Source: Acidobacteriota bacterium | GTDB lineage: Bacteria; Acidobacteriota; UBA6911; RPQK01; JADFOI01 | Length of the DNA: 64,000 nt | Assembly: GCA_963663035.1 (NCBI GenBank) | Contig: OY760074.1 | Span: 1,760,001 to 1,824,000 of the forward strand | Direction: 5' to 3' | Notes under the pieces: generated by a model | The model's input: the letters and a program-made list of their open reading frames with translations, nothing else | The model's database searches: none | Told to the model about the DNA's origin: nothing | Position numbers and translations under genes: made by a program | Shown here: piece after piece, positions 9,240-18,416 of the stretch | Layout: the number at the start of each line of letters is the position of its first letter | Position numbering within the stretch: position 1 is the stretch's first letter

Positions 9240-9802
9240 GTTCCAGCTTTGAGTTCACGGCGGAGAACCAGGAGCGATTCCAGCAGATCCTGAGTCGCTA
9301 TCCCCAGAAGCGAGCGGCCATGCTGCCCGCGCTCCACCTGAGCCATGAGCAGCAGGGATACATTTCGCCTGAGGTGGAAGAGTATGTGGCCAAGCTTCTG
9401 GAAGTCCCTCTGGTTGATGTCCACGAGGTGCTCACCTTCTACAGCCTTTACTTCCAGCGACCTATGGGACGCCATCATCTTCGTCTGTGCATGAGCATCA
9501 GCTGTTGGATTCGGGGGTGCGACGAGATGAGAGATCACCTGAGAGCCAAACTGGGTGTTGAGAGTGGCTCCATCACAGAAAACGGCACTTTTAGCTGGGA
9601 GGCGGTTCCGGATTGCTTAGGGGCCTGTGAACTGGCCCCCATGATGCAGCTGGACAAGGACTACCACGGCCCTCTGACCGCGGAGAAGCTGGACGAAATC
9701 CTGGAGGCAACCTCACCGAATCACAGCAGCAGAAATTCGGCACCTGAGGTGCCTCCCACAAGCAAAGGCAGAAATTCGGCGCCTGAGGCACCTCCCACGT
9801 AA
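9236..9802 (+). CDS. nuoE: NADH-quinone oxidoreductase subunit E with REP-derived C-terminal tail
   Basis: CMSISC..CLGAC [2Fe-2S] ligands; tail RNSAPEVPPT/RNSAPEAPPT. Confidence 0.93.
   Translation: MSSSFEFTAENQERFQQILSRYPQKRAAMLPALHLSHEQQGYISPEVEEYVAKLLEVPLVDVHEVLTFYSLYFQRPMGRHHLRLCMSISCWIRGCDEMRDHLRAKLGVESGSITENGTFSWEAVPDCLGACELAPMMQLDKDYHGPLTAEKLDEILEATSPNHSSRNSAPEVPPTSKGRNSAPEAPPT
9729..9798 (-). repeat. two tandem REP units (39-bp period) inside the nuoE 3' end
   Basis: gcagaaattcggcacctgaggtgcctcccac and gcagaaattcggcgcctgaggcacctcccac. Confidence 0.85.
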
Positions 9803-9805
9803 GCC

Positions 9806-11086
9806 ATGCCCATTGTCAAATTACTCTCCGAACATTTCGGAAACGGCCAGGCCAAGGAGCTGGACTGGTATCGCAAGCAGGGCGGATATGAGGGGGCACG
9901 CAAAGCTCTTATTGAAATGCAGCCTCAGCAAGTCATCGATGAAGTGATCCAATCCGATCTTCGCGGCCTGGGGGGTGCCGGTTTCCCCACGGGCCGAAAA
10001 TGGAACTTTGTCCCTCAGGATACCGGTAAGCCCATCTACCTGACGGCCAACGCGGACGAGTCAGAGCCGGGAACCTTTAAGGACCGCTACATCCTGGAGT
10101 GGGATCCTCACCGCCTTCTGGAGGGAATCATTATCTGTGCTTACGCGGTCGGTATCCATACCGCCTATATTTACATTCGCGGTGAATACGTCCGTCCAGC
10201 CGAGATCTTGCAGGAGGCCATCGATGAAGCTTATAGAGAAGGGGTACTGGGTGAGCGCGTTTTAGGCCAGAAATTTCAACTGGATGTCTACCTCCATCGC
10301 GGTGCTGGCGCTTACATCTGCGGAGAAGAAACCGGATTGCTGGAATCGCTGGAAGGGAAAAAGGGTTGGCCTCGACTCAAACCTCCTTTTCCCGCGGTGG
10401 TGGGTCTTTTTGGATGCCCCACGGTCGTGAATAATGTAGAAACGCTCTCCCACCTCCCCAAGATTCTTCTCAACGGGGCAGCTTGGTTTGCTGACATTGG
10501 TTGTGAACACAATGGAGGAACGCGGCTCTTCGCTCTTTCAGGGAACGTCAACAGACCAGGCGTTTACGAGCTGCCTCTGGGAACTTCGATGCGGGAGCTG
10601 ATCTACGAGCATGGCGGCGGGATCGTGGGTGACAAGGCACTCAAGGCAGTCATACCCGGCGGGGCCTCATCAGCTGTTCTGACTGAGGAGGAGCTCGATG
10701 TGACTCTGGATTTCGACAGTCTGATGAAGGCGGGTTCCATGTTGGGATCAGGCGCTGTGATTGTCATGGATCGAGACGTTTGTATGGTCAAGGCCTCTCA
10801 AAACATCATGCGCTTCTTCTCTCATGAATCTTGCGGGCAGTGCACACCCTGCCGCGAAGGAACCGATTGGGTCTATCGGATCCTGACTCGCATCGTGGAG
10901 GGCAATGGGATCAAGGACGACATTGGTCACCTGACAGAGCTTGGCGAGAACATGACCGGCACAAGCATCTGTCCGCTCTGTGACGGCTCCGTCATGTCCT
11001 TCAGCAGTTACGTGCAGAAGTTCAGGTCAGAATTCGAATACCACATCCATCACAAGCAGTGTGATGTCGAGGCGGGTCAATGCTAA
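9806..11086 (+). CDS. nuoF: NADH-quinone oxidoreductase subunit F
   Basis: GLGGAGFPTG, NADESEPGT, GAGAYICGEE, SCGQCTPCREG. Confidence 0.96.
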   Translation: MPIVKLLSEHFGNGQAKELDWYRKQGGYEGARKALIEMQPQQVIDEVIQSDLRGLGGAGFPTGRKWNFVPQDTGKPIYLTANADESEPGTFKDRYILEWDPHRLLEGIIICAYAVGIHTAYIYIRGEYVRPAEILQEAIDEAYREGVLGERVLGQKFQLDVYLHRGAGAYICGEETGLLESLEGKKGWPRLKPPFPAVVGLFGCPTVVNNVETLSHLPKILLNGAAWFADIGCEHNGGTRLFALSGNVNRPGVYELPLGTSMRELIYEHGGGIVGDKALKAVIPGGASSAVLTEEELDVTLDFDSLMKAGSMLGSGAVIVMDRDVCMVKASQNIMRFFSHESCGQCTPCREGTDWVYRILTRIVEGNGIKDDIGHLTELGENMTGTSICPLCDGSVMSFSSYVQKFRSEFEYHIHHKQCDVEAGQC

Positions 11087-12651
11087 GGATTGAGATCAAC
11101 GGGCAAGTCGCCAACGTGGAAGCTGGATCAACCGTCATCCAGGCAGCGGAGAATCTGGACATCTTCGTTCCCCGTTATTGCTATCACCCGGGACTCTCAA
11201 TAGCCGGCAGCTGCCGGATGTGTCTGGTTGAAATCGAGAGAATGCCCAAGCTGGCCATTTCCTGCCATACCCAAGCCCAGGATGGCATGAAGGTCACCAC
11301 CGATTCTGAAAAAGTCAGGCAAGCCCGCAAATCCATGCTGGAGTTCCTGCTGGTCAATCATCCCCTGGACTGCCCCGTGTGCGACCAGTCCGGAGAGTGT
11401 GACCTTCAGAATTACTACATGGAAATTGGCCAGTACGACAGCCGCTTTTTGGAAAATAAGTTGAAGAAAAGAAAGGCTCTTCCCATCGGACCCCACGTCA
11501 TTCTCGATCAGGAACGGTGCATCTTGTGTACGCGCTGTACACGGTTTTGTGAGGAAGTCTCCAAAAGCAACGAGCTGGGTGTTTTCCATCGCGGCAACCG
11601 CTCGGTCGTCGATCTCGCTCCGCAGAAAACTCTGGACAATCCCTACTCGGGAAATGTGATTGATATCTGCCCGGTAGGAGCCCTGACAGAGAGAGAATTT
11701 CGCTTTCAGTGTCGCGTCTGGTATCTCTCCACACAAGAATCGATCTGTAACGGCTGTGCAAGGGGGTGCAACATCAGCATCCATTACAACACCTCACGCC
11801 CCTACAAAGCCGGTGGAAAGCGCGTTCAACGGCTCAAACCACGTTTCAATCCCTTTGTGAACCGCTGGTGGATCTGCGACGAGGGACGCTTTGGCTACGA
11901 ATTCATCGACCACAATCGAATTGAGTTTCCCTACCTTCGAGTCACCGGTGGCGACCTTGAAGTATCGGACTGGAAGAGGGTCGTCCAGGAGGTTTCGACG
12001 GCTTTGAAGACAACTCTGGAGAAGTTCGGAGCTGAGAGCATAGGCGTGATCGCTTCCCCCCAGCTCTCCAACGAAGAGCTTTACCTCATTCAGAAGCTTT
12101 TCGGTGAACTGATGGGGATTGAGCAGATTGGGTATCAAAATCCCTGGGAGAAAGAGGGTCTTCAAGATGACTTTCTCATGCACGGGGACAAGAACCCCAA
12201 CAGCCGGGGAGCTCAAGAGCTCGGCCTAAAATTCGAGGTGAGAAACATTCTGGAAGGGGCTGCTTCCGGAAAGATCAAAGTCCTCTATATTTTTCAGCAC
12301 AACTTTGAGAGCCGGGAAGCTCAAGAACTGCTGAAAGGAGCGGACTATGTCATCTTTCAAGGGACGAATTGGAACAAGACCGTGGAATTTTCCAACCTGG
12401 TCCTTCCAGGAACCACCCATGCCGAAGAGGATGGAACCTTCACCAACTTCGAAGGTCGGCTCCAACGCTACCAACAGGCATTTCTTCCTCTGGCTGAATC
12501 CAAAGCCGGTGTTGAGATCCTGACTGGGCTGGCTCAGAAACTCGGATATCCATTGCCTTACCTGGGCGCTGAAGATGTCTATATGGAATGGTCTGGATCC
12601 TCCTACGGGGAGCTGGAAGAGTTTGGAAAATTGATTGAAGAGCATCCCTAA
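11080..12651 (+). CDS. nuoG: NADH-quinone oxidoreductase subunit G (short form, 523 aa)
   Basis: CYH..GSCRMC, HPLDCPVCD..GEC, CILCTRC, CNGCARGC. Confidence 0.92.
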   Translation: MLRIEINGQVANVEAGSTVIQAAENLDIFVPRYCYHPGLSIAGSCRMCLVEIERMPKLAISCHTQAQDGMKVTTDSEKVRQARKSMLEFLLVNHPLDCPVCDQSGECDLQNYYMEIGQYDSRFLENKLKKRKALPIGPHVILDQERCILCTRCTRFCEEVSKSNELGVFHRGNRSVVDLAPQKTLDNPYSGNVIDICPVGALTEREFRFQCRVWYLSTQESICNGCARGCNISIHYNTSRPYKAGGKRVQRLKPRFNPFVNRWWICDEGRFGYEFIDHNRIEFPYLRVTGGDLEVSDWKRVVQEVSTALKTTLEKFGAESIGVIASPQLSNEELYLIQKLFGELMGIEQIGYQNPWEKEGLQDDFLMHGDKNPNSRGAQELGLKFEVRNILEGAASGKIKVLYIFQHNFESREAQELLKGADYVIFQGTNWNKTVEFSNLVLPGTTHAEEDGTFTNFEGRLQRYQQAFLPLAESKAGVEILTGLAQKLGYPLPYLGAEDVYMEWSGSSYGELEEFGKLIEEHP

Positions 12652-12654
12652 CCC

Positions 12655-13731
12655 ATGGACTACTTGATTCAGTTCGTCACAGCTTTCTTTATTTTCAACG
12701 TTGTCATGGGGTTCATGTTCGTCCTCACCTGGATGGAAAGGAAGCAAAGCGCCCTGATGCAAGACCGGATTGGCGCCAACCGGGCTGATATTTTGGGATT
12801 CCGGCTGCTGGGACTTTTCCATCCCATCGCCGACGCCATCAAGCTTCTCACCAAGGAAGACTTTATTCCACCGGGTGGCAACCGCCTCCTGCATACCCTG
12901 GCTCCCTTGATGGCCATGTTTTTTGCCCTCATCAGCTTCGCAGTGATTCCTTTCGGTGGAACCTACCGCTTCGGCGACTATTCGGTTTCCCTGCAAGTCC
13001 TCCCTCTCAATGTTGGTCTGCTCTTTGTCTTCGCCACCATGAGCATGGGTATCTACGGCTTCGTCCTGGCCGGATGGGCCTCAAACAATAACTACGCCCT
13101 CCTGGGAAGTGTGCGGGCCTCGAGCCAGATGATTTCCTACGAAATCACTATGGGTGCCACCATCATTGGCCTCCTAATGATTTATGGGACCTTGAGTCTT
13201 CAGGAAATGGTTCTCGCCCAGGGTGAGCTACTGTGGGGGTGGATCCCCATGTGGGGAATACTCCTGCAGCCGCTGGGTTTCATTCTCTTCGCTACAGCCG
13301 CCATGGCGGAAACAAAGCGGGTCCCTTTTGATATTCCTGAAGGGGAGTCAGAGATCATCGGTTATTTCGTGGAGTACAGCGGCATGAAGTTTGGCATGTT
13401 TTATGCGACAGACTTCATCGAGACAGTTCTGGCAGCCGCATTGATCACTACTCTGTTTTTTGGCGGGTGGCAGGTACCCTTCCTCTACTCAGACGGCTTT
13501 CACCTTCCGTGGAATTGGAGTGTATCGCTCTCTCAGGTCACGGTCATGGGACTGCAAGTGGGCGCCTTTCTGATCAAGTTGAGTTTCTTCTGTTTCTTGA
13601 TGATGCTGATTCGCTGGACACTACCCCGCTTTCGCTGGGATCACTTAATGCGACTGGGATGGACTATCATGCTGCCGCTCTCGATCATCAACATCCTGGT
13701 CACCGCACTAGTCATGCTGTGGATAGGATAG
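12655..13731 (+). CDS. nuoH: NADH-quinone oxidoreductase subunit H
   Basis: ERK..QDRIG, ADAIKLLTKED, RVPFDIPEGESE, TLPRFRWD. Confidence 0.95.
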   Translation: MDYLIQFVTAFFIFNVVMGFMFVLTWMERKQSALMQDRIGANRADILGFRLLGLFHPIADAIKLLTKEDFIPPGGNRLLHTLAPLMAMFFALISFAVIPFGGTYRFGDYSVSLQVLPLNVGLLFVFATMSMGIYGFVLAGWASNNNYALLGSVRASSQMISYEITMGATIIGLLMIYGTLSLQEMVLAQGELLWGWIPMWGILLQPLGFILFATAAMAETKRVPFDIPEGESEIIGYFVEYSGMKFGMFYATDFIETVLAAALITTLFFGGWQVPFLYSDGFHLPWNWSVSLSQVTVMGLQVGAFLIKLSFFCFLMMLIRWTLPRFRWDHLMRLGWTIMLPLSIINILVTALVMLWIG

Positions 13732-13744
13732 GAGAATAGGAAAA

Positions 13745-14248
13745 ATGGCAATCAAAAGGATTCACAGAGAGCTCGGATTTTGGGAAAGGACTTACATTCC
13801 GGAAGTCCTCAAAGCGCTTCGCCTCACGGCACGCCATTTCTTTCGAAATCTCCTGGTTCATATCGCTCATCGCTTTGGGCTTGCTCAACATCTGCGGGGA
13901 GGCGTGACCTACCAGTATCCAGAACAACGGCGACCCTTATCATCGCGCCTGAGGACTCTGCATCGCCTGACCCGACGCCAGGATAAGTCTCCCCGTTGTG
14001 TGGCATGCATGATGTGCGAGACGATCTGCCCGGCTCACTGCATCTCCATTGTGGGCGGAGAGCATCCCGATCCTCAGATTGAGAAATACCCGGTGCGCTT
14101 CGACATTGATTTGGGGCTTTGTGTCTTTTGCGGATATTGTGTGGAAGTCTGCCCTGAGGACGCCATTCGAATGGACACCGGCGTTCTGGAATTTTCTTCC
14201 TATAGCCGCGAAGGAATGATCTACGATCTGAAGAAACTACTTCATTGA
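13745..14248 (+). CDS. nuoI: NADH-quinone oxidoreductase subunit I
   Basis: CVACMMCETICP and CVFCGYCVEVCP. Confidence 0.95.
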   Translation: MAIKRIHRELGFWERTYIPEVLKALRLTARHFFRNLLVHIAHRFGLAQHLRGGVTYQYPEQRRPLSSRLRTLHRLTRRQDKSPRCVACMMCETICPAHCISIVGGEHPDPQIEKYPVRFDIDLGLCVFCGYCVEVCPEDAIRMDTGVLEFSSYSREGMIYDLKKLLH

Positions 14249-14911
14249 GAAAACTTCCTGAAAGCTCCGCTGCAAGACGGTTTTCACTTCACTCAGGTCT
14301 ACAGGTCTGCCCGAGGAGTGGCTCAAGGAGGTCATCTGACAGTTCACGATTCCACAGGGGTTGATTCGCTGAAAATAACTGAGATCCGTGCTGACATTCA
14401 GAGCAAAACCATGGGTGGTGATCCAGTGGCGTACACTGATACCGATGGAAGCCAGCTTTCCCGAGCAGGCCCAGACACCGGTCAAACCGGGCCTGACGAA
14501 GGCATTGACACCAAAGTGAGCCACGGTCCGGATCAAACTCTTCTCCAGATTTCTCAAGAAAAGATGGACATTCCTTCCCCGCTCACGCAAATCGAGATGA
14601 GGGTAGACAACCAACTGCCCCGGACCGTGATAAGTCACATCTCCCCCCCGGTTGATTGCAACCAATTCGATGGGACTCCCTTTCCGGTCTTTCCTGGCTA
14701 AGACATTCTCTGCTTTCCCGGTCCGTCCCATGGTGAAAACGTGGGGATGCTCCAGCAAATAGACCGTCTCGGGCTGGCGGCGATGAAGTGTTTCCTGCAG
14801 CGACCTCTCCTGCCTCTGCAAGGCCTCCTGAAGAGAAACCAGACCCAGGTCAATGAATCTCATGGCTTTTGATTGTAACCGATCAGAGATTTTCACCCCA
14901 GCCACAGCCAT
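14237..14911 (-). CDS. lipB: lipoyl(octanoyl) transferase
   Basis: LEHPHVFTMG, RGGDVTYHGPGQ, HGFALNV, INPCG; start uncertain (14911 or 14863). Confidence 0.93.
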   Translation of the reverse strand: MAVAGVKISDRLQSKAMRFIDLGLVSLQEALQRQERSLQETLHRRQPETVYLLEHPHVFTMGRTGKAENVLARKDRKGSPIELVAINRGGDVTYHGPGQLVVYPHLDLRERGRNVHLFLRNLEKSLIRTVAHFGVNAFVRPGLTGVWACSGKLASIGISVRHWITTHGFALNVSTDLSYFQRINPCGIVNCQMTSLSHSSGRPVDLSEVKTVLQRSFQEVFSMK

Positions 14912-14956
14912 GGTCTTTTGATAGAATGAGGTGGCCATGTCGATGCAGGAGAGGCG

Positions 14957-17293
14957 GTGAAGGCGAAGAAGATCCACCGGGTCATTTACTCAGAGATCCT
15001 CCCCCCTTCCCTGATAGCTTTAGCCGTACTGACTTTCGTGGTATTCACCCGGGAGTTTGGCCGGCTGGCAGAGCTGCTGATTCGAAAACATGCAGATGCC
15101 ATGACGGTTCTTGAAGTCGTGGTTTCCCTTCTTCCCCAGATTCTCATCTTCACGGTGCCCTTTGCTTTTCTGATCGGGACCCTTATTGGTTTGAGTCGTC
15201 TTTCCTCCGACAGCGAGATAGTAGCGATGAGCTCCACCGGAGTCAGCATCTATCAGATGTTGTGGCCCGTCCTCAAAATCAACCTGGGAGTGGCGGCCAC
15301 CACCCTTCTTTTGACCTTTGTTTTCCTTCCCCAGGGGAACTGGACCCTACGACAGATTCGCCACCAAGTCGGCCTGCGCCCGGTCCAATCCGAGATCAAG
15401 CCGCGGGTCTTCAACGAAGATCTTCCCGAGATTATCCTCTATGTCGAGGACCAGGACTTGCAAAGTTCGGCCTGGAAGGGAGTTTTCCTGTCTGACTCGC
15501 AAGACGGCGGTGAGAGGCGAATCATCCTCTCCAGTTTGGCTTACCCCCTCTTCAGCCCCGACAGTCAGCGTCTGCAGCTCCACTTCGAAGAAGGTTTGGT
15601 TTACGCGCTGGACTCGGAGTCTCCTGAGAAAGACAGCCTGACGCGCTTTCAAACCTTGGATGTTCCTGTGCAGTTTCCAGAGACCCAACAGGTTGATGCG
15701 GGTCCCAAGAGGCCCAACGAAAAGAGTTTCAGCGAACTTTGGGTGGACCTGGGAGATTCTGATAGGGAACACCGAAGGCCCAGCCTGATTGAACTGCAGA
15801 AGCGTCTTGCCTTGCCTCTCTCTGCTTTGATTTTCGCTGTCCTGGGAGTCGCCTTGGGCGTGCACACGCCCCGAGGCATTCGGGGTTACGGTGTCATCGT
15901 CAGCATGCTCATCGGATTGCTCTACTACATGCTGTTCGCCACCGGAACGAAACTGGCCGAGGATGGAACCCTGTCCATTGGATGGGGAGTATGGGGCGCG
16001 GACCTCGTGCTGGGACTCATTGCCCTATTTGCTCTTCGTTACTCCCAAATAACCTCCGAGGTGCTCAGCGCCATCCCCAGCAGTGGACTGCTGGCTCGGT
16101 TAGTGCGATTCTTCGGGGAGCTCCTTGACTCCGCAGGACGCCTCTTTCGTGGGTTCTTTTCCCGGCTGCTCGGTTGGTTCTCTTCTCTTTGGAGAATTCA
16201 CCTTCAGCTCGCCCGGATCCTTGATCTCTACCTCACTCGAACTTTTCTGCTCTACTTCTTGCTGACCCTGGTCGTATGTGTGTCGTTGTTCTTCATGTTT
16301 ACCTTTTTCGAGCTGCTCGACGATGTCTTTGAAAACAGTGTGCCGAACACACTGCTCCTGGATTACTTCTTCCATCTGCTTCCCCATACTCTGATGCTGC
16401 TCGTCCCCATTTCCGTGCTGATCGCAACCCTGGTAACCTTTGGGGTACTGGACAAAACAAACCAGGTACTCGCCCTCAAGGCCTGCGGTGTCAGTGTTTA
16501 CAGAATTGCCCTTCCAGTCCTGACATTCGCCCTGATGGTGAGTGTTTTCATCTTTGTCATACAGGAATACGTTCTTCCCTACGCCAATCAAAGACAGGAT
16601 AACCTGCGAAACATCATCAAAGGCCATCCTGTTCAAACATACTATCAGGAGGGACGCAGCTGGATCTTTGGTGAGGAGAATCGGCTTTACAATTACAGCT
16701 ACTTTGATTCAGAACGAGACAGCTTTGCGGAGCTATCGATCTACCATCTCGACATTGCCGAAAATCGCCTCTTCCAGCATATCTACGCTAGAAGAGCGAC
16801 CTGGAATGCGACCGATCAAAGCTGGCAACTGTATAATGGCTGGGAACGCAGCTTCAGAGGCGATCAACTTGAGTTTTCGACCTTTGATGAGAAGATCTCC
16901 CCTATGAATGAGGAGCCAAGTTATTTTGCACAAGAAGTGAAGGAATCTAGTAAAATGACCTTCCTTGAACTCAGGGACTATATTGCAAGCCTGCAACAGG
17001 GTGGATTCGAAGTGGATCATCTCAAAACGGAGCTCTACAAGAAACTCTCCTTTCCCGTGGTGAGTTTTATCATGTCCATTCTGGGCATTCCCTTTGCCTT
17101 CTCTATCGGTCGGAAAGGGACTCTTTACGGGGTCGCAGTGGGAGTTCTGCTGGGCATTGTCTACTGGGGAGCATTTGGCGTGTTTGGTGTTTTGGGTTCT
17201 AATGGTTTACTATCCCCAATCCTGGCCGCCTGGGGGCCTAATCTACTTTTTGGGTCGGGTGGAGCGGTGCTCCTCTTCGGAGTGAGAACTTGA
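14957..17293 (+). CDS. lptFG: fused LPS export permease LptF-LptG
   Basis: Two tandem YjgP/YjgQ units (RLSSDSEIVAM; LDKTNQVLALKACGVS; AAWGPNLLF). Confidence 0.88.
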   Translation: MKAKKIHRVIYSEILPPSLIALAVLTFVVFTREFGRLAELLIRKHADAMTVLEVVVSLLPQILIFTVPFAFLIGTLIGLSRLSSDSEIVAMSSTGVSIYQMLWPVLKINLGVAATTLLLTFVFLPQGNWTLRQIRHQVGLRPVQSEIKPRVFNEDLPEIILYVEDQDLQSSAWKGVFLSDSQDGGERRIILSSLAYPLFSPDSQRLQLHFEEGLVYALDSESPEKDSLTRFQTLDVPVQFPETQQVDAGPKRPNEKSFSELWVDLGDSDREHRRPSLIELQKRLALPLSALIFAVLGVALGVHTPRGIRGYGVIVSMLIGLLYYMLFATGTKLAEDGTLSIGWGVWGADLVLGLIALFALRYSQITSEVLSAIPSSGLLARLVRFFGELLDSAGRLFRGFFSRLLGWFSSLWRIHLQLARILDLYLTRTFLLYFLLTLVVCVSLFFMFTFFELLDDVFENSVPNTLLLDYFFHLLPHTLMLLVPISVLIATLVTFGVLDKTNQVLALKACGVSVYRIALPVLTFALMVSVFIFVIQEYVLPYANQRQDNLRNIIKGHPVQTYYQEGRSWIFGEENRLYNYSYFDSERDSFAELSIYHLDIAENRLFQHIYARRATWNATDQSWQLYNGWERSFRGDQLEFSTFDEKISPMNEEPSYFAQEVKESSKMTFLELRDYIASLQQGGFEVDHLKTELYKKLSFPVVSFIMSILGIPFAFSIGRKGTLYGVAVGVLLGIVYWGAFGVFGVLGSNGLLSPILAAWGPNLLFGSGGAVLLFGVRT

Positions 17294-17314
17294 CGATGGA
17301 AGGAAACGTTCAGA

Positions 17315-18244
17315 ATGAAATCTAGTTGGACGGCAGTGAGTAAATGGTTCGACAGCTCTGTGAATGATGGACCCGTCCCAGAGAGCGAGTTCAAAGACAT
17401 TGACTGGGTCCGAGGGCTCCCCTTCCTGGGGCTTCATCTCATGTGTTTTGGCGTGATCTGGGTGGGGTGGAGCTGGATCGCAGTGCTGGCGGCCGTTTCA
17501 CTTTACTTCATCCGAATGTTCGCGGTAACCGGTTTCTATCATCGCTACTTTTCTCACCGCTCCTTTAAAACCTCGCGTTGGGGACAGTTTCTTTTTGCAG
17601 TCTGGGGCAACAGTGCCGTTCAGAAGGGACCCCTGTGGTGGGCTGCCCACCACCGCCACCATCATCGCCATTCCGACGAAGAAACAGATGTTCATTCTCC
17701 TCACCAGGACGGCTTTTACTGGAGTCACATTGGGTGGATTACCTGCAAGGGGAACTTCCCAACCAAACTGAAGAATGTTCCCGACCTGGCAAAATATCCC
17801 GAACTGCGCTTTCTGGACCGCTTTGAGACAGTGGTTCCGTTCTTCCTGGCTTCATTCCTGTTCGCCACCGGTGCCGTTCTCAACTCGGTTGCTCCACAGC
17901 TGGGAACTTCCGGAATGCAAATGCTGATTTGGGGATTCTTTATCTCCACAATCGCTCTTTTTCACGGGACCTGTACGATTAACTCTCTCTCTCACCTGAT
18001 GGGAAAAAAGCGCTACAAAACCTCCGACGAGAGCCGGAACAATCTGCTACTGGCCCTGATCACACTAGGAGAAGGCTGGCACAACAACCATCATCATTTC
18101 TCAGCTTCAGTCCGGCAGGGTTTCTACTGGTGGGAGATTGATATCACCTATTATGGTCTCTATCTGATGTCCTGGACCGGCTTGATTTGGGATCTCACCC
18201 CGGTGCCCCAGAGCGTCCGGGGGGCAAGACGAGTGGGTTCGTGA
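17315..18244 (+). CDS. acyl-CoA/acyl-lipid (delta-9-like) desaturase
   Basis: His boxes HRYFSH, HRHHH, GEGWHNNHH. Confidence 0.92.
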   Translation: MKSSWTAVSKWFDSSVNDGPVPESEFKDIDWVRGLPFLGLHLMCFGVIWVGWSWIAVLAAVSLYFIRMFAVTGFYHRYFSHRSFKTSRWGQFLFAVWGNSAVQKGPLWWAAHHRHHHRHSDEETDVHSPHQDGFYWSHIGWITCKGNFPTKLKNVPDLAKYPELRFLDRFETVVPFFLASFLFATGAVLNSVAPQLGTSGMQMLIWGFFISTIALFHGTCTINSLSHLMGKKRYKTSDESRNNLLLALITLGEGWHNNHHHFSASVRQGFYWWEIDITYYGLYLMSWTGLIWDLTPVPQSVRGARRVGS

Positions 18245-18309
18245 CTTCGGGCTCTCCACAACCATTTTCTACCCTCTTGCTCGGCCCAAACCGCTCAAAA
18301 AATACTCTG

Positions 18310-18338
18310 TTGACCTACTTTCCCCTCCCAGATAGACT
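18310..18338 (+). promoter_or_regulatory. sigma70-type promoter
   Basis: TTGACC-17 bp-TAGACT upstream of 18417. Confidence 0.5.
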
Positions 18339-18416
18339 AGCTTCCAGAAAGCAACTTCTTATCTACTGTGAGGGTTCGCTGACAATCGCAATTCCAGTAT
18401 CAGGCAGGAGGTTTCT

